This document shows, one piece after another, positions 53,090-62,605 of a stretch of DNA of 64,000 bases. Source of the stretch: an uncultured Chthonomonadaceae bacterium (lineage in GTDB: Bacteria; Armatimonadota; Chthonomonadetes; Chthonomonadales; Chthonomonadaceae); the NCBI GenBank assembly GCA_963835065.1, contig CAWIEK010000002.1, positions 64,001-128,000 on the forward strand. The letters are read 5' to 3'. Under the pieces are notes generated by a model that ran no database searches, was not told the origin of the DNA, and saw nothing but the letters and a program-made list of their open reading frames with translations. Both the position numbers and the translations under genes were made by a program. The first letter of the stretch is position 1; each line of letters begins with the position of its first letter.

Positions 53090-53698
53090 ATGAACACAAC
53101 CAACCCTTTGGAAATCCACATTCATCTGGAAGACGGGCGCATTGTGCGGTTTGTGCAGCAGGACGCGGAACTGGCGAAACAGCAGTTGGCGCACCTTCAG
53201 CCGACAAAACTGTTCGCGCAGCCCCTCATCATGCTCGGCGGCGCGGACTCGCTGACCACGTTTCAAATGACGCAGGTGGCGCGCATCGAATTCATTGCCG
53301 AACACACGCCCGATTACCCGTTCTACAACGGCGTCCTCGACATTCAGCAGATCACGCCCGATGAGTTCCGCGCCCGCTACTCCGCCAAAACATTCGCCGC
53401 ATTAAGGCAGGAAGCGCAGACTATCCCCGACAAACCTATTACCGTCTTTTCCGAAATGGAACTTGTCAACGGCGAACGGCTGTTTTTTCAGGTGTGCGTC
53501 AAGGTGGAGGAGCGTTTGCCGCTGGAGCAGGGAATGTTCGTGTCGCAGTTGTTCGGCGCGCACGGCCTTCACGCCCGGCGTTCGGGCGGCAACGGCATCA
53601 GCGTCGTCAACCCCGCCAACATCGCCCGCTTCACGCTTTATCCTTCGCCGCCCATTCTCCCGCCCGGAACCTGGCAAGCGTCCCGCGTGATCCAGTAG
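53090..53698 (+). CDS. Hypothetical protein
   Basis: GAGGAG SD, 202-aa ORF with host-like codon usage. Confidence 0.75.
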   Translation: MNTTNPLEIHIHLEDGRIVRFVQQDAELAKQQLAHLQPTKLFAQPLIMLGGADSLTTFQMTQVARIEFIAEHTPDYPFYNGVLDIQQITPDEFRARYSAKTFAALRQEAQTIPDKPITVFSEMELVNGERLFFQVCVKVEERLPLEQGMFVSQLFGAHGLHARRSGGNGISVVNPANIARFTLYPSPPILPPGTWQASRVIQ

Positions 53699-53754
53699 CC
53701 TCATGGTACATTAGCAAGCAGGACAAAGTAGGACACGACGAAATGGCTGACACT

Positions 53755-53973
53755 ATGAAGGAAACGATTAACCTGCTGGAAACGGTTGCTTTGCTTGCGG
53801 ATTTGCCGGAACGGGGTTTGTATCGCGGGCAGGTTGGCGCGGTTGTGGAAGAACTTGCCGGTGGCGTATACGAAGTTGAGTTTACGGATGCCAATGGACG
53901 CACCTACGCTATGCTGCCCTTGAAAGCGGAGCAGTTAATGGTGTTGCGCTATGCTCCCGCACAAGCCGCCTGA
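53755..53973 (+). CDS. DUF4926 domain protein
   Basis: LLETVALL.DLPE.GL.RGQVG.VVE.L..GVYEVEF.D..G.TYA. Confidence 0.85.
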   Translation: MKETINLLETVALLADLPERGLYRGQVGAVVEELAGGVYEVEFTDANGRTYAMLPLKAEQLMVLRYAPAQAA

Positions 53974-54040
53974 GATAACATAGGAAACTTGTGGGGAGCA
54001 GATGTATGCAATGCTCCTTAACTGCGCTTCAGGCTGTTGG

Positions 54041-54778
54041 CTACCAGGGTACAACGCCGTCTTCATCGAAGTAACCCCCGGTGGGGCCGTCCGGGGGCAG
54101 TGTCGCCAGCCGGACCGGAGCCGCCGCGCCCTGCTGAACGGTGCGATGCCCGCGATTCTGGTTCAAGTCCGTCGCCACATAGCCGGGATCCGCCGCGTTC
54201 ACCTTGATAGGCGTGTCGCGCAATTCGTTAGCAAACTGCACCGTGAGCGCATTAACAGCGGTTTTGGAGGAGGTGTAGGCCAGCGCATTGACAGCCGCAT
54301 ACTCCCAATTTGGGTTGCTCGTCTGCGTCAGGGATCCCAAGCCGGAAGACATGTTGACGATGCGCCCGGCTTCCGATTTTCGGAGCAGGGGCAGCATGGC
54401 TTTCGTAACCGCGAACACGCCGAACACATTGGTGTCGTAAGTGCGGCGCAGAATGTCCATGTCCAACTGGCTCGGCGGCGTTTGATCCAGGGCGATACCG
54501 GCATTGTTCACGAGAATGTCCAATTTGCCGAACTCTCCTTCGATCTTCAAGGCTGCCGCGTCAATGCTCGCCTGATCGGTGACATCCAGCGCAATAAAAT
54601 GCGCGTCCAATCCTTCCGACTGCATGGCCTGCGCCGCTTCCTGTCCCTTTTGCTCATCCCGCGCCCCAATCAGAACCGCGCTTCCCTGCTGCGCCAATTG
54701 CCGCGCGATTTCCAGTCCAATGCCTTTGTTGGCTCCTGTCACCAGCGCCACTTTCCCTTTGAGATTACTTGCTGTCAT
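54041..54778 (-). CDS. SDR family oxidoreductase (carbonyl reductase-like)
   Basis: ALVTGANKGIG, LVNNAG, YTSSK, DPGYVATDLN. Confidence 0.94.
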   Translation of the reverse strand: MTASNLKGKVALVTGANKGIGLEIARQLAQQGSAVLIGARDEQKGQEAAQAMQSEGLDAHFIALDVTDQASIDAAALKIEGEFGKLDILVNNAGIALDQTPPSQLDMDILRRTYDTNVFGVFAVTKAMLPLLRKSEAGRIVNMSSGLGSLTQTSNPNWEYAAVNALAYTSSKTAVNALTVQFANELRDTPIKVNAADPGYVATDLNQNRGHRTVQQGAAAPVRLATLPPDGPTGGYFDEDGVVPW

Positions 54779-54847
54779 TCGTTCCGCCTTTCTGTCTACA
54801 CACTCTTCCAACATGCCCCCTAACACCTAACACCTAACACCTAACAC

Positions 54848-55264
54848 CTACTCCTTACAGCCCTCCGCGCCCGGACACGCTTCCCCGGCTTCCACAACGG
54901 GCAGGTATTTCCCGCTCCATTCCCCGATGGCTTCCAGAATGGGTTTCAACGCGTGCCCGGCTTCGGTTAATTCGTAGCTTGTTCGGGGAGGCATCGTCGA
55001 GTGGATGGTTTTAACCAGCAATCCCACGTGTTCCAGCAGATTGAGCCGCTGCGTCAGCGTCGTCGTGTTGACATTGCCCCGGCGCATCAACTCATTGAAG
55101 CTGATGGGACCGCCCATCAGACTGTAGACGATCATCAGCACCCACTTTTCCTGCAGCAGCAGCGCGCCGCGAATGAAGTCGGCGGCAAGGCTGCATGACT
55201 GTGTAGTATCCGTGTGACAGGGCTCCGCGTTCTCCACATTTGTTGTATATTCATCATCCTGCAT
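54848..55264 (-). CDS. HxlR family winged-helix regulator
   Basis: KW.L.I...L..GP..FNEL, L..RL..LE..GL, PP...YELTEAG..L.PI. Confidence 0.9.
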   Translation of the reverse strand: MQDDEYTTNVENAEPCHTDTTQSCSLAADFIRGALLLQEKWVLMIVYSLMGGPISFNELMRRGNVNTTTLTQRLNLLEHVGLLVKTIHSTMPPRTSYELTEAGHALKPILEAIGEWSGKYLPVVEAGEACPGAEGCKE

Positions 55265-55474
55265 GTTGGGCCTTTACCTTTGAAACCGGTTGAGTTTGAA
55301 GCGGGCTGGAAGCAGCTTGACGACGACTACTCCATCAAGGTAGCATTGATGTATTGTTCTCAGCCTGTGCAAAGGTCAAACGCATATAACAAGCCTACCT
55401 TGATGTAGTCCTGGATTTGGCCTGGGGTTCATGACCATGTTATACCCGATTACGTAATCTGAAAGGTTGTTGTT

Positions 55475-56017
55475 TTGGCGCATGCTTTCGACATTATTTT
55501 GTGCGACGCGCTTCCTCCTGTAGTGAGGGCGTGGCAGCGCGCTTTTGCCGCGTATCCCGAAGTGGAAATACGGCGCGGCGATTTGCTGGAAGTCGAAGCC
55601 GACGCCTATGTTTCGCCCGCCAACAGTTACGGCATTATGGACGGCGGCATTGACGCGGCGTTGAGCGCGCGGTTTCCGCAGGTGGAAGCGCGGGTACAGG
55701 CGGCTATCGCGGCAGGCGGCAGGCTTTTGCCCGTGGGTCACGCCCTTGTCGTGGAAACCGGCGATGTGGATGTGCCGTATTTGATTTGCGCGCCGACAAT
55801 GGAACTGCCTTCCCGCGTTAGTCATACCAGCAATGCGTTTCGCGCCATGCTCGCCCTGCTGTCCGCCGTTGAACAGTTCAATGCCGAAAACGAGGACGCT
55901 ATTTCTTCTGTTGCCGTTCCGGGACTGTGTACAGGAGTGGGAGACATGGAACCCGAAATCGCGGCCTTGCAGATGGCGCGGGCGTATGCCGAGTGGCGCA
56001 GCGAGCAAGCGGAGTAA
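55475..56017 (+). CDS. Macro domain protein
   Basis: RGDLL...ADAYVSPANSYG.MDGGID.A, APTM, VA.PGL.TGVG. Confidence 0.9.
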   Translation: MAHAFDIILCDALPPVVRAWQRAFAAYPEVEIRRGDLLEVEADAYVSPANSYGIMDGGIDAALSARFPQVEARVQAAIAAGGRLLPVGHALVVETGDVDVPYLICAPTMELPSRVSHTSNAFRAMLALLSAVEQFNAENEDAISSVAVPGLCTGVGDMEPEIAALQMARAYAEWRSEQAE

Positions 56018-56088
56018 AGCCGTATAACGCTTGAAAATTTCTGAAGCAGGGCGGAATTCAGCATCACACAGACGCTTTGGAAGGTATT

Positions 56089-56493
56089 ATGAGCCGAGAT
56101 TTGGATGCGAAAGTACGCGGTCATTTTTGCCCAATTGGGCGAGGAGCGTCTGCAGAAGGCTGGACGCAACAGAACGCCGGAGGCCATTGTCGGGCGCATT
56201 GCCGAAGCCATGTTGCCGCGTTTTCACTCGAGCAGGCTTACGACATTGGCTTTCATCTGACAGACTGGAATAGCGATGCAGCCTTTCTTGTCGCGCTGAT
56301 CTTGTTCCCGGAGCGGTTCGATGCCGAAGAGATTGCCGAAGGGGTAGAAGGATTCCTCATCCACGCGCCGAACCATGTGGCCGCCGCCGCCAAATTGTTC
56401 GGCTATCCCATCGAAGACATTTTTGGCGTGGACGCATTGAGCGGCGACAATGAAGCAGCGCATCCGAAGAAGACGAATAGCAAACAACTGTAG
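56089..56493 (+). CDS. Hypothetical protein; two compensating indels suspected near 56119 and 56222
   Basis: C-terminal DIGFHLTDWNSDAAFLVAL..FPERF...HAPNH is protein-like; the +1 frame in between reads VIFAQLGEERLQK..IVGRIAEAMLPRF. Confidence 0.6.
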   Translation: MSRDLDAKVRGHFCPIGRGASAEGWTQQNAGGHCRAHCRSHVAAFSLEQAYDIGFHLTDWNSDAAFLVALILFPERFDAEEIAEGVEGFLIHAPNHVAAAAKLFGYPIEDIFGVDALSGDNEAAHPKKTNSKQL

Positions 56494-56498
56494 AAACT

Positions 56499-57227
56499 CT
56501 AACCCAGCCCAATTTCTTTTTAATCGCGTTTTTCACCGGCTTCGGAATCGCGTTGCGCATCCTGTCCTTGAAAACTTCGATAGGCGGCGGGGGCGTGTGG
56601 ACGATGGGAAAGCGGGCTTTGTTATAGGCTTGCGAGGGCCAGTCGTCGCCGTAGGGATCAAGCAGGGGCGCGGTGGTGCGCGTGAAGAAGGCGGTGTTGG
56701 CGACAACCGTTTCCAGATGGAACATGGCGTCTTCCTTCAGGAACGCATACAGGTTGTAAATGGTCGGTATCCAGATGTCGTCAATAATCAGGTAGCCGCC
56801 CGGCTTGATGTGCGGATACACGAAATAGTATTCCAGATCGGGAAACGGGTAGCTGTGGGGGCCATCCAGAAGGACGAAATCGAACGGGCGCGCGAACGTG
56901 TACGCGGGCAGCGTTTTTTGCGTGGGGCCGAGAATAAACCGCGTTGTATCGGCGTTGAACAAGGGGGTGGCGATAACGCGCTCATACGAGTCGTTGGCTT
57001 TGAAATCCGTGTCGCTGTTGGTGAACGTGAACACCTGATGGTCTTTGCTCAGATGCGACAGCAGCAGCGTACTGCGCCCGCACCCCGTTTCCATCGTGTA
57101 CTGCAAGTCCGTCGTCTGCCCGATGCGGAATATCTCTTCCAGTACCTGAGTCGGGCATGGTTCCCGCCCCGTGCCACACTTGCCCCAACTGCTGAACTTC
57201 CGTTAAAATTCCTGCGTTTGTTACCAA
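56499..57227 (-). CDS. Class I SAM-dependent methyltransferase (Methyltransf_24-like), apparent frameshifts
   Basis: METGCGRST, FDFVLLDGPHSYPFP, KPGG.LIIDD; removing one C near 57154 joins the N-terminus MVTNAG..HGAGTMPTQVLEEI; the end coordinate assumes a further indel near 56508. Confidence 0.75.
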
Positions 57228-57338
57228 CGTCGCGTTTCCGCCTTCCTATCGAATTTTAAAATAGCCGCGAATGAACGCGAATGAACGCAAATATATAACA
57301 GCGCAGATTTAAGGCCAGTACCGTTCAAGTAAGCGTTC

Positions 57339-57423
57339 GTAGGGACACAACATGTTGTGTCCGCTGCCTTGTTGTGCCGTCGTCGGAAGATGAGCGCGAG
57401 GACACAACATGTTGTGTCCCTAC
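57339..57423. repeat. GTAG-type REP doublet (REPIN)
   Basis: GTAGGGACACAACATGTTGTGTCC (57339-57362) and its exact reverse complement (57400-57423). Confidence 0.85.
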
Positions 57424-57465
57424 ACCGTTGTCTCAGGTGGAAACGCTCTTTTAAAGGGCTTTGAT

Positions 57466-58413
57466 TTAAGACAGCCGCTTTACCAGCCCGTTTTTGTCGT
57501 AATTGCGCGGGCGCTTGCGTTCCACAAGGTATTGTTCATAATACCCCACTTTGAACACCCATTCCAATTCCCACAGGGATGCGCCTTCCGGGTGCGGCCA
57601 GCGGGCCTTGCCGGTCAGCCGCCCCATCTTCAGTCCCATGCGGGCATGGCGCAGGCTTTGTTCGGGATTGGGCGCGTCGTAATGATCCCAATGGTACGAC
57701 ACATAAGCGTTGGAGCGTCCGTCTTTGTCCGCCCGGCGCAGCAAATCGGCGTGGGACAAACGCGCGGCTTCAAAATGGTGTTCCACATACGCTGCCAAGT
57801 TGGAAGCAACTGCGTAACCCGCAGCCGCCAACTGCTCCGCGAACAGGCTGTCTTCCCAAAACCCTAATGCGCCCGGACCGAGTTCCACATCAAACGCAGG
57901 CACTTTGCCTAACACTTCGCGGGAAAACGCCATATTCGCGCCGATCAAGCGCCGGGGTTCCACCGTATGCCACGTCAGGGTATCCGCGAAGTAACTGCGG
58001 TGTCGGGCTTCCATCCACTCGCGTTCCAGATGGGGCGCAAGCCGGATGCCGCCCTGTACGGCCTGCGCTTCGCCTGCCAGAATCGGCGCGCACAGGCTTG
58101 CGATCCAATCCGGCGGCGGGCGCACATCGTCATCCGTGTACAGCAGAATATCGCCCTGCGCGTGGGCAAGGCTGGCATTGTAAGCGAATCCCTTGCCCCG
58201 GCGTGGTTCCGCAATACACCGCGCCGGAATGTCGGGCAGGGCGCAGGACTGCACTACTTCGGGCGTCGTATCCGAGCCGTTATCCACAACAAGCAGTTCC
58301 ACGCCAAGATGCCCAGGAACGCAAACCTCCGCCAGCGACGCCAGCGTTTCCCGCAAATGCGCGGCCCGATTGGCGGTACAAATTATAATGGAAACATCCG
58401 GCTTACGCCTCAT
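57466..58413 (-). CDS. Glycosyltransferase family 2
   Basis: VSIIICTANR, VVDNGS, YTDDD, GANMAF.R, WED. Confidence 0.92.
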   Translation of the reverse strand: MRRKPDVSIIICTANRAAHLRETLASLAEVCVPGHLGVELLVVDNGSDTTPEVVQSCALPDIPARCIAEPRRGKGFAYNASLAHAQGDILLYTDDDVRPPPDWIASLCAPILAGEAQAVQGGIRLAPHLEREWMEARHRSYFADTLTWHTVEPRRLIGANMAFSREVLGKVPAFDVELGPGALGFWEDSLFAEQLAAAGYAVASNLAAYVEHHFEAARLSHADLLRRADKDGRSNAYVSYHWDHYDAPNPEQSLRHARMGLKMGRLTGKARWPHPEGASLWELEWVFKVGYYEQYLVERKRPRNYDKNGLVKRLS

Positions 58414-58479
58414 AATCCTCTTCCAAGCGTTGTAAATACCTGCCACACGAAAACGCCATATTGTCCCAACACCCGAATT

Positions 58480-59583
58480 CTATGCCAATTTCATTACCCG
58501 ATCCGCGAACGCGGCTATCGGGTCGGAAGGAATGAGTTGGCGTACCCGGACGGCTGCCGCCTGCCCCATTTGCCGCCACTGTTGCCGCCCGTTCCACGCC
58601 CGTTCCAGAGCGGCGTCCAGACTGGATACGGCGGGCGCGGCGGCGACAAACCCGTGTACGCCATCCTCCAACAGTTCCGTATTGCCCGCAACATCGGTGA
58701 CAATGCCCGGACGGGCGCACAGCATGGCTTCTACCAACGCTAAGGGAAGCCCCTCGTAACGGGAAGGCAGAATCAGCGCGTGATGGTCGGCCCAGATCGA
58801 AGCCACGTCGGGGCGAAAGCCGCCGAAGTGGACGCGCTCCAGGCCATACAGTGTTTTCAAGGCTTGCAGGGATTGGGCGTTGGGGCCGTTGCCGAACAGC
58901 GTCACATCCAATGCGCGGTTGCGCCACTTGTCTGCCGCCAGGGTTTGAAACAAAATGTCCTGCCCCTTTGCGCCGGGTTCCAGACGGGCGACGCAGGCCA
59001 GGCGCAGCCCTTCGGACTCGGACGGCCAGGGCAGGGAAATATCATACGCGACGTTGAACGGGTTGCGGACGACGGAAGCGTTGGGCAGGCGCGCGCCCAA
59101 TTGCGTTTCCAGCAGCCGACTGTTTCCCTCCGACACGAACAAAGCGGCAGTGGCCTGCGCGTAAGCCGACGTAATCGCCGGTATGTCCTCATCCGTCGGC
59201 CAGTAACGCTCCGAAGCCGCCTGCGCCAGCAGGGCGTAGGGAATCCGCCGTTTCGCGCACTCCAGCCCCCAGCCATGCCCCTCGTAATGCCCGCCCTGCG
59301 AAATGATGACGGCCTGCGGCTTCACCTGATCCAGCCAGTTGGAACCGGAAATGCCCAGCCGTCCCGCCACGCGCTGCACAACCGAAGGCTGCCGCCGAAA
59401 CGCGACTTCGCAGCCCGCGTCGCGCAGGGTAGTGAGCATTTTCGGCGTTTCCGGCCAGGCGTTGACGCTGACCGCAACCGCAATCCCGCGCTTCGCCAGC
59501 AGCAGGGCGGTTCGGCTCCAGAGTTCCTCGCTGCCGCCCCAGGGCAGGCCGTCCATTGTGGAAACAAACGCGATTTTCGTCAT
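58480..59583 (-). CDS. Glycosyltransferase family 4
   Basis: WGGSE, VARL...KGQD, PSRYEGLPLALVEAM. Confidence 0.92.
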   Translation of the reverse strand: MTKIAFVSTMDGLPWGGSEELWSRTALLLAKRGIAVAVSVNAWPETPKMLTTLRDAGCEVAFRRQPSVVQRVAGRLGISGSNWLDQVKPQAVIISQGGHYEGHGWGLECAKRRIPYALLAQAASERYWPTDEDIPAITSAYAQATAALFVSEGNSRLLETQLGARLPNASVVRNPFNVAYDISLPWPSESEGLRLACVARLEPGAKGQDILFQTLAADKWRNRALDVTLFGNGPNAQSLQALKTLYGLERVHFGGFRPDVASIWADHHALILPSRYEGLPLALVEAMLCARPGIVTDVAGNTELLEDGVHGFVAAAPAVSSLDAALERAWNGRQQWRQMGQAAAVRVRQLIPSDPIAAFADRVMKLA

Positions 59584-60524
59584 AAGCCTGCGTTTTCTCT
59601 GCGTTTCAGCAAGCCGTCAACGGTTCTTTGCGGCAGATAGCACTTCATCAGATGCCGTAATATCCAGCCATGCATCAGAAGAGAGGGTTTCATGCAGATC
59701 GCCTGCCACAAACATTCGCGCGCCCGCTGCCGATTGCCCGCGTCCATCGCTTGTAGCGAAGCCAGCATTGCCAGGCCATTATAGGCAGTGGCAAACCGAC
59801 GGCCCCGTTTCCACGTCTGCCAGGTGCGCGGCGTGGGCCATTTGCCGACATGCTTGTGCAGGACGCGCGAACAATTGACGTGCATGCGCCAGAAGTCATG
59901 GGAAGCGTTTTTGGCGTGATACCGATATAATAGGCACAAGCGGCTTTCAAACACGAACGCGCCCACCTGCGCCAGCCGAATAAACAAATCCCAATCATCC
60001 GCGCCCCAGATCTGGGTATCAAATCCGCCCACGCGCCGCAAAGCCGATGCCCGTATCAGCGTTTGGCCGGGTGTGGTGATCCAGTTCTTTTCCAGAAACG
60101 CTTTGTGCGCCTGCCCGGAGGGGCCGTCCATCTGGCAAAGCGGTTCGCCCACCGGGGTTCCAAACCCTTCCACGCCGCCATACACGAGGGAAGCGTCGGA
60201 ATGCCGGTTCAAAGCGGACACTTGCCATTGCAGTTTGTCCGGCGGCCACAAATCATCATCGTCAAGCAAAGCGATATACGCGCCTGTTGCTGCCGCAATG
60301 CCGCGATTGCGCGCGGCGGACTGCCCGGCGTTTGCCTGCGCGATATACTGAATACGTCCCGCTTCTATAAGAGGACGCAGCACGTCCGCCGTATCATCGG
60401 GTGAGCCGTCATTGACGACAATCACTTCATAGTCTGTAAACGTCTGCGCAAATACCGATCCAAGCGTTTGTAAAACATAGTCACGGTGCTTATACGTAGG
60501 AATAACAACACTGACAACGGGCAT
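59580..60524 (-). CDS. Glycosyltransferase family 2
   Basis: VSVVIPTY, VNDGSPD, ARN.G, LDDDD.W, GGFD. Confidence 0.92.
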   Translation of the reverse strand: MPVVSVVIPTYKHRDYVLQTLGSVFAQTFTDYEVIVVNDGSPDDTADVLRPLIEAGRIQYIAQANAGQSAARNRGIAAATGAYIALLDDDDLWPPDKLQWQVSALNRHSDASLVYGGVEGFGTPVGEPLCQMDGPSGQAHKAFLEKNWITTPGQTLIRASALRRVGGFDTQIWGADDWDLFIRLAQVGAFVFESRLCLLYRYHAKNASHDFWRMHVNCSRVLHKHVGKWPTPRTWQTWKRGRRFATAYNGLAMLASLQAMDAGNRQRARECLWQAICMKPSLLMHGWILRHLMKCYLPQRTVDGLLKRRENAGL

Positions 60525-60544
60525 AATATAACCTTATTTTCTTC

Positions 60545-61492
60545 TTAACCCTCAACCCTCAACCTGTAATAATCGGCTGCTTGGCGTAAGCCTTTCGGTA
60601 AATCCATTTTGGGAGCGTAGCCTAAAAGGGAATGGGCGCGGCGGATGTCTGCAATGGAATGGCGAATGTCGCCGGCGCGGGCCGGAGCGTAGCGCGTGAC
60701 AATATCCATGCCGGTTACGCGGCGCATCTGATCGAGCAGGGAATTAATAGAAGTTTGCTGCCCGCTTGCGACGTTAAAAACGCTTCCGAAGGCTTCGGGA
60801 TTGGTAACAGTCGCGGCAAGCAGGTTGGCGGCAACTACATCTTCGACGGCGCAAAAATCCCGCGTTTGTTCGCCATCTCCGAAGACCGTTGGCGGCTGTC
60901 CCGATAATAAGGCGGTCAGAAACAGCGGAATGGCGGCGGCATACGCGCTGTGCGGATTCTGGCGCGCGCCATACACGTTGAAATAGCGCAGGCACACGGT
61001 CTGCAATCCGAACAGGTGGGCAAACAAGCGGCAGTAGTGTTCGCCGGTCAGTTTCTGGATGCCGTAGGGCGATAAGGGACGGGGCAGAACGTCTTCATGC
61101 GTGGGCAGAATGTCGGTATCGCCGTAAACGGCTGCCGAGGAGGAAAAAACCAGCCGACGGATGCCGCTGTCACGCGCGGCCAGCAGCAGGTTGAGCGTAC
61201 CGCCGCTGTTGACGGCTTCCGACTGAATGGGATCGGCAATGGATTGCGAAACGGAAGCCAGCGCGGCAAGATGAAAAACCGCTTCCATATCGCGGCAGGC
61301 GTTGCGGCAGGCGAGGGCGTTGCGAACGTCCCCCTCCACAATCTCCAACTGCCGCCCCAATCCTTCCAGATTGGCGGGGTTGCCGGACGAAAAATTGTCC
61401 AGGACGCGCACCGTTACTTTTTGCGCCAGCAGCGCGCGTACCAGATGCGATCCGATGAACCCTGCGCCGCCCGTCACCAACGCGCTTTTCAT
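60545..61492 (-). CDS. NAD-dependent nucleotide-sugar epimerase (GalE/WbpP-like)
   Basis: LVTGGAGFIGSHL, SSAAVYG, SPYG..K, LRYFNVYG.RQ, GDG.QTRDF. Confidence 0.93.
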   Translation of the reverse strand: MKSALVTGGAGFIGSHLVRALLAQKVTVRVLDNFSSGNPANLEGLGRQLEIVEGDVRNALACRNACRDMEAVFHLAALASVSQSIADPIQSEAVNSGGTLNLLLAARDSGIRRLVFSSSAAVYGDTDILPTHEDVLPRPLSPYGIQKLTGEHYCRLFAHLFGLQTVCLRYFNVYGARQNPHSAYAAAIPLFLTALLSGQPPTVFGDGEQTRDFCAVEDVVAANLLAATVTNPEAFGSVFNVASGQQTSINSLLDQMRRVTGMDIVTRYAPARAGDIRHSIADIRRAHSLLGYAPKMDLPKGLRQAADYYRLRVEG

Positions 61493-61505
61493 AAAAAATC
61501 CTTTG

Positions 61506-62495
61506 CTATAAACGGGCGCGGACGAGATCATGCACATGCACCATGCCGACTACGCGCTGCTCGGCGTCCACGACGGGCGCAACCGAAATGGGCTGCGGGC
61601 GGTTTTCCATCTCCTGCATGGCTTCAAAGGCAAGCTGTTCGGGCGTCAGCAATACGCGCGGATGCGGATTCATCAGGGCTTGCGCCGTCAGCAGAAAGGT
61701 TTCGGCTCCGCGCGTTTGCAAGGCTCTGCGCAGTTCCGTTTCGGCAATCAAACCCAGTAAACGCCCCTCGCTGTCCACAACACAGGCCGCGCCGACGTGT
61801 TTGGCGCTCACTTCGCACAGCACTTCCTGAAAGTCGGCAGTGGGCGGCAGCAGGGGCAGGGCGTCCTCGCCGTGCCGCATAATATCGCTCACATGCAGCG
61901 TCAGCCGCCGTCCCAACCGCCCGCCCGGATGGTTGAGGGCGTATTCTTCGGGCAGCAGATTGCGCCGTTTTTGCAGGGTCATTGCCAGCGCGTCGCCCAG
62001 CGCAATCGCCACGAGAACGCTGGTTGTCGGCGCAAGATTGAGCGGGCAGGCTTCGCGCTCGATGGAAGCGTCCAAAACAACTTTCGCCTTTTGCGCCAGC
62101 GTGGACGCCAGATTACCAGTCAGCGCGATAATCGGGACGCGGCGCAGCAGAACGGTGGGCAGAATCGCCAGCAGTTCCTCGCTTTCGCCGCTGTTGCTCA
62201 GGGCGAGAACCACATCCGCGCGCCGCACCAAGCCCAGATCGCCGTGCAGGGCTTCCATCGGGTGCAGGAAAACGGACGGGCAGCCCACGGAAGTCAGCGT
62301 AGCCGCGATTTTACGCGCGGCAATGCCGGATTTGCCGACGCCCGTTGCGATCACCGTTCCCGCGCAGCCGTCCAGCAAATCCAGCGCGCGAACAAACGCC
62401 CCGTCCAGACGCTCACTTGCCAGACGTATGGCGGCCTGCTCCACTTCCATCACCGAATGGGCAAAGGCTATTTCATTGTCGGATGCTTTGTGCAT
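61506..62495 (-). CDS. kdsD: KpsF/GutQ arabinose-5-phosphate isomerase (SIS + 2 CBS)
   Basis: TGVGKSG..ARKIAAT, LHP.EA.HGDLG, EACP.NLAPTTS, HPGG.LG. Confidence 0.9.
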   Translation of the reverse strand: MHKASDNEIAFAHSVMEVEQAAIRLASERLDGAFVRALDLLDGCAGTVIATGVGKSGIAARKIAATLTSVGCPSVFLHPMEALHGDLGLVRRADVVLALSNSGESEELLAILPTVLLRRVPIIALTGNLASTLAQKAKVVLDASIEREACPLNLAPTTSVLVAIALGDALAMTLQKRRNLLPEEYALNHPGGRLGRRLTLHVSDIMRHGEDALPLLPPTADFQEVLCEVSAKHVGAACVVDSEGRLLGLIAETELRRALQTRGAETFLLTAQALMNPHPRVLLTPEQLAFEAMQEMENRPQPISVAPVVDAEQRVVGMVHVHDLVRARL

Positions 62496-62605
62496 AAGTT
62501 TAGGGTTTGTAGGGTTCGTAGGGTTTTAGGGTTTCAGGGTCAATACTGTAAAATAAGAGGGGCGATGAAGCATGCCCGATACATTTTCTTTGAACGGTAT
62601 TGAAC

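Noticed and set aside
55475..56493. Macro domain + hypothetical gene as a DarTG or Thoeris-type defence pair
   Set aside because: The partner shows no ADP-ribosyltransferase, SIR2 or TIR motifs, and the macro protein looks like a stand-alone family member.
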